The position numbers were made by a program, and so were the translations under genes. A stretch of 64,000 nt of DNA from Candidatus Borrarchaeum weybense (GTDB lineage: Archaea; Asgardarchaeota; Sifarchaeia; Borrarchaeales; Borrarchaeaceae): NCBI GenBank assembly GCA_019057385.1, contig JAHQJS010000003.1, positions 83,212 to 147,211 of the forward strand. The letters are read 5' to 3'. This document shows, piece by piece, positions 28,804 through 38,990 of this stretch. The notes beneath the pieces were generated by a model, which did not search any database, had not been told where the DNA came from, and was given only the letters and a program-made list of their open reading frames with translations. Position 1 is the first letter of the stretch, and every line of letters starts with the position of its first letter.

Positions 28804-29616
28804 GTTTTTGATAAACCCAAGATTTATTCCATCAGTTAAATACGCAGTCGCATCATCAAATTCAATGCATTTTTTAGTAAAAAGTGGTCCTAAGAACTTT
28901 GACTGCAGGTCATTAAACGCCGTTCCTTTGATTAAAGGATGAAAAGCTGGAAATATTATGATTTCAGGATTTCCTATCTTTCTTTTAATAATATGATTTG
29001 TATCAACTTCTTTATCGCTTGCTGAAACTTTATTTTGTGCAAAGAGGTTTTGAAGCTTTTTCTTGTCCCATTTTGTTCTTATCCATACTTTTTCTACGTG
29101 ATGTATTCCTAAAGAATCCTTTAATCTAATCGCAGGATGGTTATGTCCCATAAATAATGAATTTACATCTAGTAAATCATTTGCTGGCCAAGTATGGCCA
29201 TGTAACAATCCGATTTTCTTAGACCCATTCTGAATAGTAGATCCTTTTGAGGGATGATAGATTATATTTTTTGGAATTAACTTCTCCAAATTACCGTCGT
29301 GGTTTCCTGGAAAAATTTCAACTTTTATTATTTTTGCCAAGTTCTTAAAAAGACGTGGTATTTCTTTCCACTCTTTAATAGAAATACTTGGGATATTATG
29401 TTTCACATCCCCAAGAACTACTAACTTCGAGGGTGCGTATTCATTTATGAGTTTTTTTAATTTATCTTCAATTATAGGTGTTTGTGAAGGAAAATGAATC
29501 CCTTTTTTAGCAAATTGCCTTTCAAGTCCAATATGGAGGTCTGCTACAATGAGAACACTTTCATGAGCTTCAAGTAATAATGCAGCCTCTCCTTCTAATG
29601 GCATATATGACCCCAT
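28792..29616 (-). CDS. Calcineurin-like metallophosphoesterase
   Basis: ADLHIG, LGDVKH, GNHDG, HGH, GHNHP. Confidence 0.9.
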   Translation of the reverse strand: MGSYMPLEGEAALLLEAHESVLIVADLHIGLERQFAKKGIHFPSQTPIIEDKLKKLINEYAPSKLVVLGDVKHNIPSISIKEWKEIPRLFKNLAKIIKVEIFPGNHDGNLEKLIPKNIIYHPSKGSTIQNGSKKIGLLHGHTWPANDLLDVNSLFMGHNHPAIRLKDSLGIHHVEKVWIRTKWDKKKLQNLFAQNKVSASDKEVDTNHIIKRKIGNPEIIIFPAFHPLIKGTAFNDLQSKFLGPLFTKKCIEFDDATAYLTDGINLGFIKNLYI

Positions 29617-29692
29617 TTCAATAACACTCTTGAGGAGGAGAAACATGACTCAACCAGTAATAAATCATAAAAAAACTCACTTATACGGATAT

Positions 29693-30700
29693 TCATAGTT
29701 CAACGTCTTTGTAATTATCACCCAGAAGTACAAAATTTGCAAGAAGAGCATTAAGTTGAATTTCCTCATTGGCACCTTCGCTAAGCCTGAACTCTGCTTC
29801 TCCTAACAAATTCATAAGTTTAACTTTCAAGTCATCATTTTTAAAGTTCATTATTTCAGAATTCATTTGCTTAAGTATATCTATACCTGATAAACCGTAT
29901 TTGATGAGTAGTTTATGAAGTTGTTCTCGGGCATCCATAAAATTATTTTTAAGTGCGAATCTTATCATTTCTTTAATTTCTTCAGGATGGACACGGCCTG
30001 TTACTTGATAAACAACATCTGCTTTGATTTCATCATCAAACGCTGCTGCCGCTTGTAGGATGTTTATACTATTTCGCATATCTCCTCTGGAACTTTCCAA
30101 AATAGCATTAATGCCTTCTTCAGTAAGATCAACACTCTCTTTTTTAGCTATATTATTTAATTGCATTTTAACATCCTCTTGAGATAATGGAGGAAATCGA
30201 AATATAGAACATCGTGATTGTATTGGTTCGATAATCTTACTTGAGTAATTACCGATTAGTACGAATCTACAAGTGCGTGTGTATTTCTCCATTGTCCTTC
30301 TAAGTGCTTGTTGCGCATCAGAAGTCATGTTATCTGCCTCATCTAGCACTAGGATTTTAAATGGTACGTCTCCAAGTCCTTTTGTTCTAGCAAAGTTTTT
30401 TACTGTTGTTCGAATGACGTCAATACCTCTGGTATCACTTGCATTCAATTCCAACAAATTGCCTTCAAAATATTCTCCAAATAAATCACGAGCCAAGCAT
30501 AATGCCGCTGTTGTTTTACCTTTTGGGAGGTTTTATTAAAATAAAGACCTTGTCCCCGGAGGACCGACAAATAAACAATGCGGCATTGATTTCGTCTTAG
30601 CAAATGAGGTTAACCTTTGTACTATGCTTTCTTGGTTTATTATTTCTTTTAGACTTTTTGGGCGATATTTTTCTACCCACATCGCATATTCTTCATACAT
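29693..30700 (-). CDS. rfcS: Replication factor C small subunit, two exons (30552-30700 and 29693-30521), 325 aa after splicing
   Basis: Exon 1: MWVEKYRPK...[10 protein letters not shown](T). Exon 2: [10 protein letters not shown]...ELNASD...LDEAD...SRC. A 30-nt insert with an in-frame TAA lies between them. Confidence 0.92.
30522..30551 (-). other. BHB intron in rfcS mRNA (30 nt)
   Basis: GGGG-AC^A-AGGT...ACCT-CCCA-AA^A-GG: two 3-nt bulges around a 4-position helix (one G-A mismatch). Excision gives CCG GGG ACA GGT AAA ACA. Confidence 0.85.
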
Positions 30701-30972
30701 ATTTACCAGTTCTCCTAGTTCTTTGAAATTTTCCCTAAGAGATTAATAGTTTATCAGTAGATTATAGACACTTAATTGTTTTTAATTTTAAGAAATTATG
30801 TATCTCCTGATTCTATTGTCTTCTAAACTCTTAAATTGTTGTAAAGCGAAACTATTATAAGGTCATTGAAATGCTTGAATGATGGAGATACTTCTAAACA
30901 ATCCATATCCCTCAATAGTTTGAATTCCATCTCTATATACAAATATTTGGCCATAAATAAATACTAAAAGAT

Positions 30973-31192
30973 GCGGTCGTGGTCTAGCAAGAGGAATATT
31001 CTCCTAGAATGGCCTAGGACAACTAAGAATGAATAACTTTCTTAGATCGCACAGGCCTCCCAAACTGACTTCACAGTCGTGAAGAAAGCCTGATAAGTTT
31101 ATGTATCATCAATTATAGATGGTATGCATTTCAGGAGACCCGGGTTCAAAAAATAGGTGATGTTCTCCTATTGGAAACTCCCGGCGGCCGCA
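30973..31192 (+). tRNA. tRNA-Gly(CCC) with 5 introns
   Basis: GCGGTCG/CGGCCGC-A acceptor stem, GTCT/GGAC D-stem, CAGGC-CT-CCC-AA-GCCTG, CCGGG-TTCAAAT-CCCGG. Five hairpin inserts of about 20, 30, 24, 43 and 28 nt leave about 75 nt. Confidence 0.85.
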
Positions 31193-31324
31193 TCAATTTT
31201 ATATTCTAAAGATCGCTCTTACTAGAAAGTTATAGCCTAAATTAAAAATTATAAAATCTCAAAGAATTTAACTAAGATTCAATGATATATTATGTTTGAA
31301 ACACAGAATTTTCAAAAAAAGTGA

Positions 31325-31549
31325 TGCCGGGGATGGGACTTCCAGAGGAGGGAACCCCACACACTCTTTTGAACCCATGCGACCTTCCATAAATGCATTC
31401 ATTTACACTGGGTCAGCAGGTCTCTCTTTCTCTAGATTTTTGCGCTTTTGAGATCTCGAGCCTGTAGCGGATATGACTTTTGTTAAATCTGCCGCCGTAC
31501 CGTTTCCAGAATAACACATATTTTGGTGTGTTCTCTTGGCTACCCCGGC
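31325..31549 (-). tRNA. Class II tRNA, probably tRNA-Ser(CGA), with 5 introns
   Basis: GCCGGGG/CCCCGGC acceptor stem, GCAGG-CT-CGA-GA-CCTGC after removing two inserts, variable arm GACC/GGTC, ATGGG-TTCAA..-CCCAT. The discriminator base reads A. Confidence 0.72.
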
Positions 31550-31778
31550 GTATATTATATCATTTAGACATTGTAGTATTGGATTTAAAACACTTTTTCT
31601 CAATGTATAGTTCGATTTATGACTAAACGATCACATTCTATTTAGAAAAAAACAACTTATTTTCGAATTTCTTGACGGATATTTTTGAAAGGTTTTTTCT
31701 TTTAAGAGGGGGTTATAAAGGTCGCTGGAATGCTGGGGATGCTAACTGTAACGCTTAATTCAAAGTTTATCGGGGATT

Positions 31779-34715
31779 ATGGTGTCTCGTTCCGTAAAAT
31801 ACTGCACTCTACTTTTCATTAGTATGCTTGTGCTCGGTTTACCCTTCTACAGTCAACAGGCCAAAGCCGACATCTCCTTTGATGGGACAACCGATTATAA
31901 CGGCGATGGATTTATGGATCCTACCATCGATAACGGGCGGATCCGCATCAGTTTCATGACTGAGGAACGACTGGAAAATCCTCCGGGACAGCAAATCACC
32001 TACTTACCCTATTTCTTCGTGTGGGATGGAAACGACTGGACTGAAATTGCCACTATGGGACATTTCCAGATCTCAATAGCCCCAGATACCTCGCAATCGC
32101 CGGTTACAAATTACACCATCCAGGAAATCTATCCTAAACGGGTGGGTGTCAGTTGGGAAGAATTTTATCAGGAATGTGTCACCATCATTGACGCGAATGA
32201 CCATCAGTGGCGGGTCACCGATTATTACACCCTCCGGGACGGCTGGGATTACGTAGAGATCGAACGGCACTGGGAACATCTGAATGATTCCACAGAAGAA
32301 GCAGTGCTCCTACCTTTCAATCTATCGATCACCCACCCCGCAGCAGTTTCACCCCGTAAAGCTGATGCCCTGATGATGCCCGGCTGCTTTTACAACGGCA
32401 ACCTGTACGACGTGAACACCGCAGATCGTCAGGTAACACCTGATTTCCCCATGACCGATTTAAGCAACCAGTCCCAGTACCTCATCGTGGAACAGGAACG
32501 GCTCAGCATACCGTCAGTTATCTGGGAGTACGATGACTTTGTGTGCGGCTTACTGACCACTCCTACTTATATATATGACGGACAGGAGTATACAGGCAAC
32601 TCCTCGTTAGGTTATCAAGGGAATGATGAGCATTTCGACCTCATCAACTACTTAGGCGGGTGGACCAGCGGTGGTTCTCAACGAGAAGGCTATGCATATA
32701 CAAAACATCTTCATAATCAGATTAATCAGGATAATCCAGGTTGCCGCGACCAGTATGAGTGGACCTTCAACAAGAACGCACTGACCGTCGATGCCAACAC
32801 TATTCTCAAAAAAACCTACCGACTCTATCTGGGCATGACAGCAACCCCCCATTACGGGTTCATTGCACCGGTTCAATTGGGATGGGACTGGATTAACGGT
32901 AATTATTCGGCAGCCAATCCTACCTTAAATATGCAAGATGTCCTACAACTCAAAGCCGAACTCGCCTACCGCACCTTTTATCATAAAAATGACACTGATA
33001 ATGAATACTTGTTCTTGGCAGGCTTTTTCAGTGATGGAACTCCCGTAGATTTCATAGGCGGAAGCAGCGGTTCGATAGGCGGCCAACTGGGGCAACAGCA
33101 CGCCCTGGCCTATTCGTTGCTCTACTATGGCTATCAGACGGGTAATACCTCCATGATTGCCACTGCCAACCAGATAATCGATGACTTCGTGGACTTGAGC
33201 CGTAACCCCTCGGCCGTCACGCTAAGTGAGTACGGCTGGTTATTACCCGATTACTACCTAGAGACTAATACTTCTTACGCTAACGCCCGAGACCATGGCG
33301 GCGATGTACATACCGGCAAAAGCGGCGAGGTATTATACAACCTACTGCAATGCTATCTAGTGGCAGAGCAATACGGTGATAGCCACCCCGACTGGCTTTC
33401 GTATGTGGAAGCGGCCATCAACATCTTTATGGTCAAGCAATTTGCAAACGGGACGTTTGGCAACTCCTGGACCAATGGCATCAGTTCCAGTTGCAACGAT
33501 ATCGCAGGAGCCGGTGGTGTGACTCTTGCCCTGACCTTAATGGAATTAGCTACACTGACCGGCAATACCACCTATTCGGACGCCGCTACGCTGGCCATGA
33601 ATTATTATATTACTGAATTTGTCGATAAAGCCCGCTTCTTTGGGGCGGATACAGGTCGCTATGACTTCAATTATGGCTATAAAAAGCACATCATCGACTC
33701 TAAAACTGCCGAATATATGCTCAAGGGCCTACTTCGCTTTTACGAACTGACCGATAATACGGTCTACCTGACTAAAGCAAACTTGACCGCTGAGTGGCTG
33801 GTTACCTGGCAATACGCTTGGAACGTCCCCTTCATTGGGAGTTCACGCCTGGGAGAGCAAAACTTCAAAACCAAAGGGGCATTCGCCACCTCAGTAGAAC
33901 TCAACGCCCTTCGACCGGCTTACGGCAGCAGTTACGCCCTGCAAAAACTGGCTAACTACCTTAGTGATGCTGAGTTACAAAATCGGGCGGACTTAGTGAA
34001 TGCGGCCTCCAGGCAGATGGTGGTCACCTCAAGCGATACGATGGGAATGTCCAGCACCTTGATTGGCGCACAGGAAACCTACTGGTACCACGCCGGTTTT
34101 ACTGAAGATGCTAATGCCCCTCAGGGTGGCAGTTCGGGGCTGTGCTATGGAATAACCATCGCCGACGCCTACATAGGGACGAATATTTCACTTGAAACCA
34201 ATGGCCCTGACGATCCTTCAGATGGAGATGGCGGCAGCAACGGGGGCGGAGGTAGCGGAGATGATGACAACGGAGGGGGAGGTAGCTCATCAACTGAAAC
34301 GGCATCATTGGTAGTAACGGTTAATTTGGAAAATAACACTCGTCTTAGCAATAATGCCCAAAGGGAAATTCTGATAGAAGTTAATGATGAACAAGGTACC
34401 CCAATCGAGCAAGCCCATGTTACCATCACACTGAACTCTAATTATACTCTTAACTGTGAAGAAGTCGAGCCTGGTCTTTATAAAGCAGTGTTAGTTACTT
34501 CAGGGTTATCCCCAGGTGAATATATAATAACCTTCACCGTCGAAAAATCGGGTTACCAAACCTCACAACTAAAGCATAGTCTCACAATCACACAAGGTCT
34601 CAATCTCACAGGCATTTCATTAACTGCCAGAATAGGCGCGATAAGCGGCATCGGCTTGTTGTTGGCCCTCATTGGAAAACGAAAACTGTTTGATGACATC
34701 ACTTTGGAATTGTAG
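31779..34715 (+). CDS. Secreted, membrane-anchored glycoside-hydrolase-like (alpha/alpha barrel) protein
   Basis: Signal peptide, helical-barrel repeats (YELTDNTVYLTKA, WQYAWNVPF), G/S/D linker, Ig-like domain, C-terminal TM + KRK. Higher GC than the flanks. Confidence 0.6.
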   Translation: MVSRSVKYCTLLFISMLVLGLPFYSQQAKADISFDGTTDYNGDGFMDPTIDNGRIRISFMTEERLENPPGQQITYLPYFFVWDGNDWTEIATMGHFQISIAPDTSQSPVTNYTIQEIYPKRVGVSWEEFYQECVTIIDANDHQWRVTDYYTLRDGWDYVEIERHWEHLNDSTEEAVLLPFNLSITHPAAVSPRKADALMMPGCFYNGNLYDVNTADRQVTPDFPMTDLSNQSQYLIVEQERLSIPSVIWEYDDFVCGLLTTPTYIYDGQEYTGNSSLGYQGNDEHFDLINYLGGWTSGGSQREGYAYTKHLHNQINQDNPGCRDQYEWTFNKNALTVDANTILKKTYRLYLGMTATPHYGFIAPVQLGWDWINGNYSAANPTLNMQDVLQLKAELAYRTFYHKNDTDNEYLFLAGFFSDGTPVDFIGGSSGSIGGQLGQQHALAYSLLYYGYQTGNTSMIATANQIIDDFVDLSRNPSAVTLSEYGWLLPDYYLETNTSYANARDHGGDVHTGKSGEVLYNLLQCYLVAEQYGDSHPDWLSYVEAAINIFMVKQFANGTFGNSWTNGISSSCNDIAGAGGVTLALTLMELATLTGNTTYSDAATLAMNYYITEFVDKARFFGADTGRYDFNYGYKKHIIDSKTAEYMLKGLLRFYELTDNTVYLTKANLTAEWLVTWQYAWNVPFIGSSRLGEQNFKTKGAFATSVELNALRPAYGSSYALQKLANYLSDAELQNRADLVNAASRQMVVTSSDTMGMSSTLIGAQETYWYHAGFTEDANAPQGGSSGLCYGITIADAYIGTNISLETNGPDDPSDGDGGSNGGGGSGDDDNGGGGSSSTETASLVVTVNLENNTRLSNNAQREILIEVNDEQGTPIEQAHVTITLNSNYTLNCEEVEPGLYKAVLVTSGLSPGEYIITFTVEKSGYQTSQLKHSLTITQGLNLTGISLTARIGAISGIGLLLALIGKRKLFDDITLEL

Positions 34716-34746
34716 TTTTTGGCTTGTTAGTATCTTTATTTTTATT

Positions 34747-35592
34747 CTAAAATTTAAAAAAACTAACAATATAATCTAAAATCCTTTCTCCTATAACTTT
34801 TAGTTCTAAGTACGGAGGTAAGGTCCATTCTGCCCAAGCAGGTAAGCCTAAAACATACCTAATGTAAATCACTACAGCGAAAACTATCGTGACAATTACA
34901 ATAATGACGTAATCGACTAAGGACATTTGTAATTCATATAAAAATGTCCTTTTTTTTGCAGCACCCCAGGCTTTCGAGTCCATCGCTTCTGCGAGTTTCC
35001 ATGCTCTTTTAATTGCAGATATAAAGAGAGGTACTATAAGCGGGATATAGTTTTTTATTCGTTTCAAAAAGTTTCCTTTTTGAAATTCAATGCCTCTTGA
35101 CATTTGTGCATCAATTATTTGCTGTGCTTCTCGTGCTAATGTAGGAACATAGCGATAGGCAGTGGTTATAGCCCAAGAAAACTCGTAAGGCAGTCCTAAT
35201 TTTACAAGAGCTTGCCCCAGATCATCAGGATGTACTGTTTGGAAAAATACTGCAAAAGCAGTCACTAAAGCAAGAAGACGTACGACCATACTTAAGGCAA
35301 ATGTGGTGGGATGAGGGGTATTTGATGAACTAAAAAACACGTTTATAATGAAAATGATGAGGATAAGAAATATAAATCCTTTTAGGGAAACGAGCCACTC
35401 ATGGATAATTCTAGCAATGAATAGAAGGGGGATAAGTGTAAAAAAGATGATAACAACTGGAACTAGTTGTTGAAATTGCAAAATGATGATTGATGTAAGA
35501 ACAACGAAATATAACAAAGTTCTAGGATCAAGATGATGAATAAACGTATCTTTTCTTTTAAACTCAAATGCGGATAAAGGTGAAAGCATCAT
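34747..35592 (-). CDS. ecfT: ECF transporter transmembrane component
   Basis: HHLDPRT, YRYVPTLAREAQQIIDAQMSRG, LAEAMDSK. Confidence 0.93.
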   Translation of the reverse strand: MMLSPLSAFEFKRKDTFIHHLDPRTLLYFVVLTSIIILQFQQLVPVVIIFFTLIPLLFIARIIHEWLVSLKGFIFLILIIFIINVFFSSSNTPHPTTFALSMVVRLLALVTAFAVFFQTVHPDDLGQALVKLGLPYEFSWAITTAYRYVPTLAREAQQIIDAQMSRGIEFQKGNFLKRIKNYIPLIVPLFISAIKRAWKLAEAMDSKAWGAAKKRTFLYELQMSLVDYVIIVIVTIVFAVVIYIRYVLGLPAWAEWTLPPYLELKVIGERILDYIVSFFKF

Positions 35593-35594
35593 GG

Positions 35595-36413
35595 TTATCC
35601 GAGTCCCAACAATTTTGTTTTCATTTCAGTAATTGAAATTAGATCCTTCGGAAAGGATTCTTCTTGTTTTGCGATTTCCCAGGCTAATGCTGTAATTTGT
35701 GGTGGGCGAAGTTTTGTTTGTGCCATTGCTTCTAAGTTTGTCAATACATCTTTAGCCTCCCCATCTGCGATTATGCGGCCATCGCCCATCAAAATAACGC
35801 GAGGTTGGTATTCTGCTACAAATTCAACATCATGAGTTACTATAGCAATTGTTCGTCCTTGTTGGTTTAACTCTGATATTATTTTCGCAATATTTCTTTT
35901 TTGTATTGCATCTTGTCCCATTGTTGGTTCATCAAGGATGAGAATTTCAGGATTCATTACAAGTACTGAGGCTAATGCTACTCTTTTTCTTTCTCCTTCA
36001 CTTAAAGAAAATGGTGAGCGTTTGAGAAGGTTTTTAAGATTTAAAAACATTAAAACTCTTTCCATATCCTTTTGAATCTGATCTTCAGGAATATCAAAAT
36101 TTGTTGGACCAAATTTGATTTCTTCTTCTACTGTTGTTAAAAATAGTTGATGATCTGGATTTTGAAAAACGAATCCTACAATTTTCGCCATTTCAGCAAC
36201 AGAACGTGTTGTTGTTTCTATTTCATTTACAAGAACCTTCCCTTTAGTAGGTTTTAGTAATCCATTAAAATGTTTTATTAATGTCGTTTTTCCAGCACCG
36301 TTTGCACCCATAATTGCGATGTAAGTCCCCTTATTTATTTTAAGAGAAACATCATTTAGTGCTGTGACACCAGAGGGATATGTATATTCGATATTTTCAA
36401 CTACAATACTCAT
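35595..36413 (-). CDS. ecfA: ECF transporter ATPase
   Basis: GANGAGKTT, VFQNPDHQLF, LSEGE, ILDEPT. Confidence 0.92.
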   Translation of the reverse strand: MSIVVENIEYTYPSGVTALNDVSLKINKGTYIAIMGANGAGKTTLIKHFNGLLKPTKGKVLVNEIETTTRSVAEMAKIVGFVFQNPDHQLFLTTVEEEIKFGPTNFDIPEDQIQKDMERVLMFLNLKNLLKRSPFSLSEGERKRVALASVLVMNPEILILDEPTMGQDAIQKRNIAKIISELNQQGRTIAIVTHDVEFVAEYQPRVILMGDGRIIADGEAKDVLTNLEAMAQTKLRPPQITALAWEIAKQEESFPKDLISITEMKTKLLGLG

Positions 36414-37285
36414 TCTGATGAACTCCTAATTAACCCCAGTTCTTTTAAAATAACTGATGCCGCCTGTGGTACATTAAGCGGAATTTGCTGAATAGGGATC
36501 CCTTCGTTAATCAACTGCATAAATAACCGAACTAACGAAGGTATTTGAACTCCATATGTCTCATCTGGTGTAATATTTGTCGCTATTAACTTCTCAGGTT
36601 TATCATCAAATACAAGCTCCCCATCATGTATAATAAGAAATCGAGTAGCATTTTGAAGTACTAATTCAAGTCGATGTTCAACGATTATAACAGTTATTTT
36701 CTTCTGGGCTCGTAAATTTTCGATTATATTAAGTATATCTACTGCACTTACAGGATCTAAATTAGCGGTAGGTTCATCTAACACTAGTATCTTTGGTTGG
36801 AGCGCTAATACGCTTGCTATTGCTACGCATTGCTGTTCTCCTCCTGAAAGTTCGTGAGGTGCTCTTTCTCTCAAATGTTGAATTTTTGTTAATTCTAGAG
36901 CTTCTTCTACACGTGCTCTAATCTCCTCTCGTGGAAGTCCAAGGTTTTCAGGACCAAATGCAATATCACGTTCCACTGTGAGCGACATTAACTGTGATTC
37001 GGGGTCTTGAAAAACCATTCCCACCTTTTGAGTTATTTCGTAGAGAGGATGCTCTCGTGTATCTAATCCATCAACTATGACACTTCCTTTCATAACACCC
37101 GATCTATAAAAATGTGGGATAAGACCATTGATACATCGGCAAAATGTTGACTTTCCGCAACCGCTAAGACCTGCTACCACAACATATTCTCCTTTCTTAA
37201 TGTTTAAATTGATTTCGCGAATAGCTGGCTGTTTAGAAGTTGCGTAGCTAAATTCTAATTCGCTAATTTGAACTATATTCTCCAT
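36410..37285 (-). CDS. ecfA: ECF transporter ATPase
   Basis: GLSGCGKST, VFQDPESQ, LSGGEQQ, VLDEPT. Confidence 0.92.
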   Translation of the reverse strand: MENIVQISELEFSYATSKQPAIREINLNIKKGEYVVVAGLSGCGKSTFCRCINGLIPHFYRSGVMKGSVIVDGLDTREHPLYEITQKVGMVFQDPESQLMSLTVERDIAFGPENLGLPREEIRARVEEALELTKIQHLRERAPHELSGGEQQCVAIASVLALQPKILVLDEPTANLDPVSAVDILNIIENLRAQKKITVIIVEHRLELVLQNATRFLIIHDGELVFDDKPEKLIATNITPDETYGVQIPSLVRLFMQLINEGIPIQQIPLNVPQAASVILKELGLIRSSSE

Positions 37286-37354
37286 GATTTTCGTTTCCTT
37301 GCTTTTCTTATGGATTAACAATAATTTTTTTATGGTGCACCTAGATCTTCAATT

Positions 37355-38371
37355 TTAATTCTCTTGAATAAGATCACCTTTGATTGTGAGACTTTTTTGA
37401 ATCAATATTAATATTTCTTTTATCCCGGCGTTTAGATTAGTCGTTCCGTTACAAGCGGCTGCATTTTGATGGCCTCCTCCCTCACCATTAATAAATAGAC
37501 CGATTTTTTGAAAGATCTTTCCTAAATGTAGTCCCGTTTCTTGTGTAATTCCTCTTTTTGCTCTACCGCTAATTCTAACATTTTTTTCTTTCTTTTTTTC
37601 TGAGGCTACTAGCGCTACATCGGCTCCAAGATCAAGTAGGGATCTTGCCACTGATGCTTCAAATGCACTTATTCTTGAAACGACAATTATCCATCCTTCT
37701 ATAATGTGTATTTTGTGACGTTTTGCAGCCTTTAATCTTGCAATACGTTCTGAATAGTCCAACTTGCTTCTCAGAAGTTCAATAATCTCTTCATAATTTG
37801 CACCAAGACGCATTAATGTTGTAGCTGCCTCAAAAGTGTCTGGAGTGCCTAATATGAAATGTCTTGAATCGTAAGTGATGCCAATTAATAAAGCATAGGC
37901 ATCCAAAGACCTAGGAATCATATTTAGTTTCCTATAGAGATTGTAAACTACTTCGCATGCTGAACATACAGAATCATCATGTATATATAAGCTAGAGATT
38001 TTTTTTCCTTCGGGATGGCATTGATGATGATCTACTATTATAATTGGCTTAGATACTTCTTTTACATGGTCTTTAAGGACTCCTAACTGTTCAAAATTAC
38101 TAGTATCTACTAAGAAGTATAAATCGCACTCATTAATATCGTATCCAGTAGAAATATTCATTTTTAGGTTTTTTACAACTTTCTTAGATATTTTATTTAG
38201 TCCATCTGAAAAACATTGTATTTTGACTTCAGGAATAAGCCTCTTTAGAAGTCCTGATAGTGCAAATGCACTACAAATTGCATCTGGATCTGCATTTTGA
38301 TGACATAATATGCAAATCTTTTTGGGACAAATTTCATTAAGTATTTCTAAAAATGATTTGAAATAATTCAC
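37355..38371 (-). CDS. DHH-family phosphoesterase (DHHA1)
   Basis: HQNADPDA, LVDT, VDHH, GGGHQNAA. Confidence 0.92.
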   Translation of the reverse strand: MNYFKSFLEILNEICPKKICILCHQNADPDAICSAFALSGLLKRLIPEVKIQCFSDGLNKISKKVVKNLKMNISTGYDINECDLYFLVDTSNFEQLGVLKDHVKEVSKPIIIVDHHQCHPEGKKISSLYIHDDSVCSACEVVYNLYRKLNMIPRSLDAYALLIGITYDSRHFILGTPDTFEAATTLMRLGANYEEIIELLRSKLDYSERIARLKAAKRHKIHIIEGWIIVVSRISAFEASVARSLLDLGADVALVASEKKKEKNVRISGRAKRGITQETGLHLGKIFQKIGLFINGEGGGHQNAAACNGTTNLNAGIKEILILIQKSLTIKGDLIQEN

Positions 38372-38454
38372 ATTTTGCCCCCAAATTAGATAAGAAAACT
38401 AAAAAAAAGGAATGCTTAATGTAACTCATTTTAAAACTCATATGAAGCTACTCT

Positions 38455-38817
38455 TTACGCTGCAGTTCCTGGTTCTCCTTGGATTTGCCGAGCTAATTTC
38501 TCCCTCATCTCATCCCTCTGTTTTTTCGATCGTTCTTCTTGCCTCTGTAATGTTTTTATTCGCATACCTAAAGTTTCTTTCTTATCAGTTAATTCTTCTG
38601 TTAATTTTTTCATATCTGATTTAATTAAAAGCATTCCTATTGACTTATAAACACCAACACCTTCTTCTGCACCCTCTAATTCTTTTAGTGCATTCTCCGT
38701 CTCTCTTAATTGTAGTTCAAGTTGCGTTCTTTGTTGGGTTAATACTTTTACTTGCTGGTCTATTTGTTGTAGTCTCATTAGTTGGTGTTGTAGTTGCTGT
38801 GGTAACTCTTCACTCAA
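38455..38817 (-). CDS. pfdB: Prefoldin beta subunit
   Basis: Coiled coils around VYKSIGMLLI. TTG start after GGAGG. Confidence 0.93.
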   Translation of the reverse strand: MSEELPQQLQHQLMRLQQIDQQVKVLTQQRTQLELQLRETENALKELEGAEEGVGVYKSIGMLLIKSDMKKLTEELTDKKETLGMRIKTLQRQEERSKKQRDEMREKLARQIQGEPGTAA

Positions 38818-38990
38818 TATCTCGCCTCCTTTATTAAAAAAACTCATTAAATACCTTTGATACACGTGTTGCTGATCTTTATTAATATGAGTTTTTGTGT
38901 AGAATGGTTTAGTTAGATTTATAAATTATCAGAAGATTTATAAGCTGGCTGATAACGAAAAACTTATTAAGAACCGCTTAGGTGAGTTTT

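Noticed and set aside
29693-30700. rfcS as a pseudogene or intein-containing gene
   Set aside because: The insert is only 30 nt, contains a stop, and has BHB geometry that restores the motif exactly
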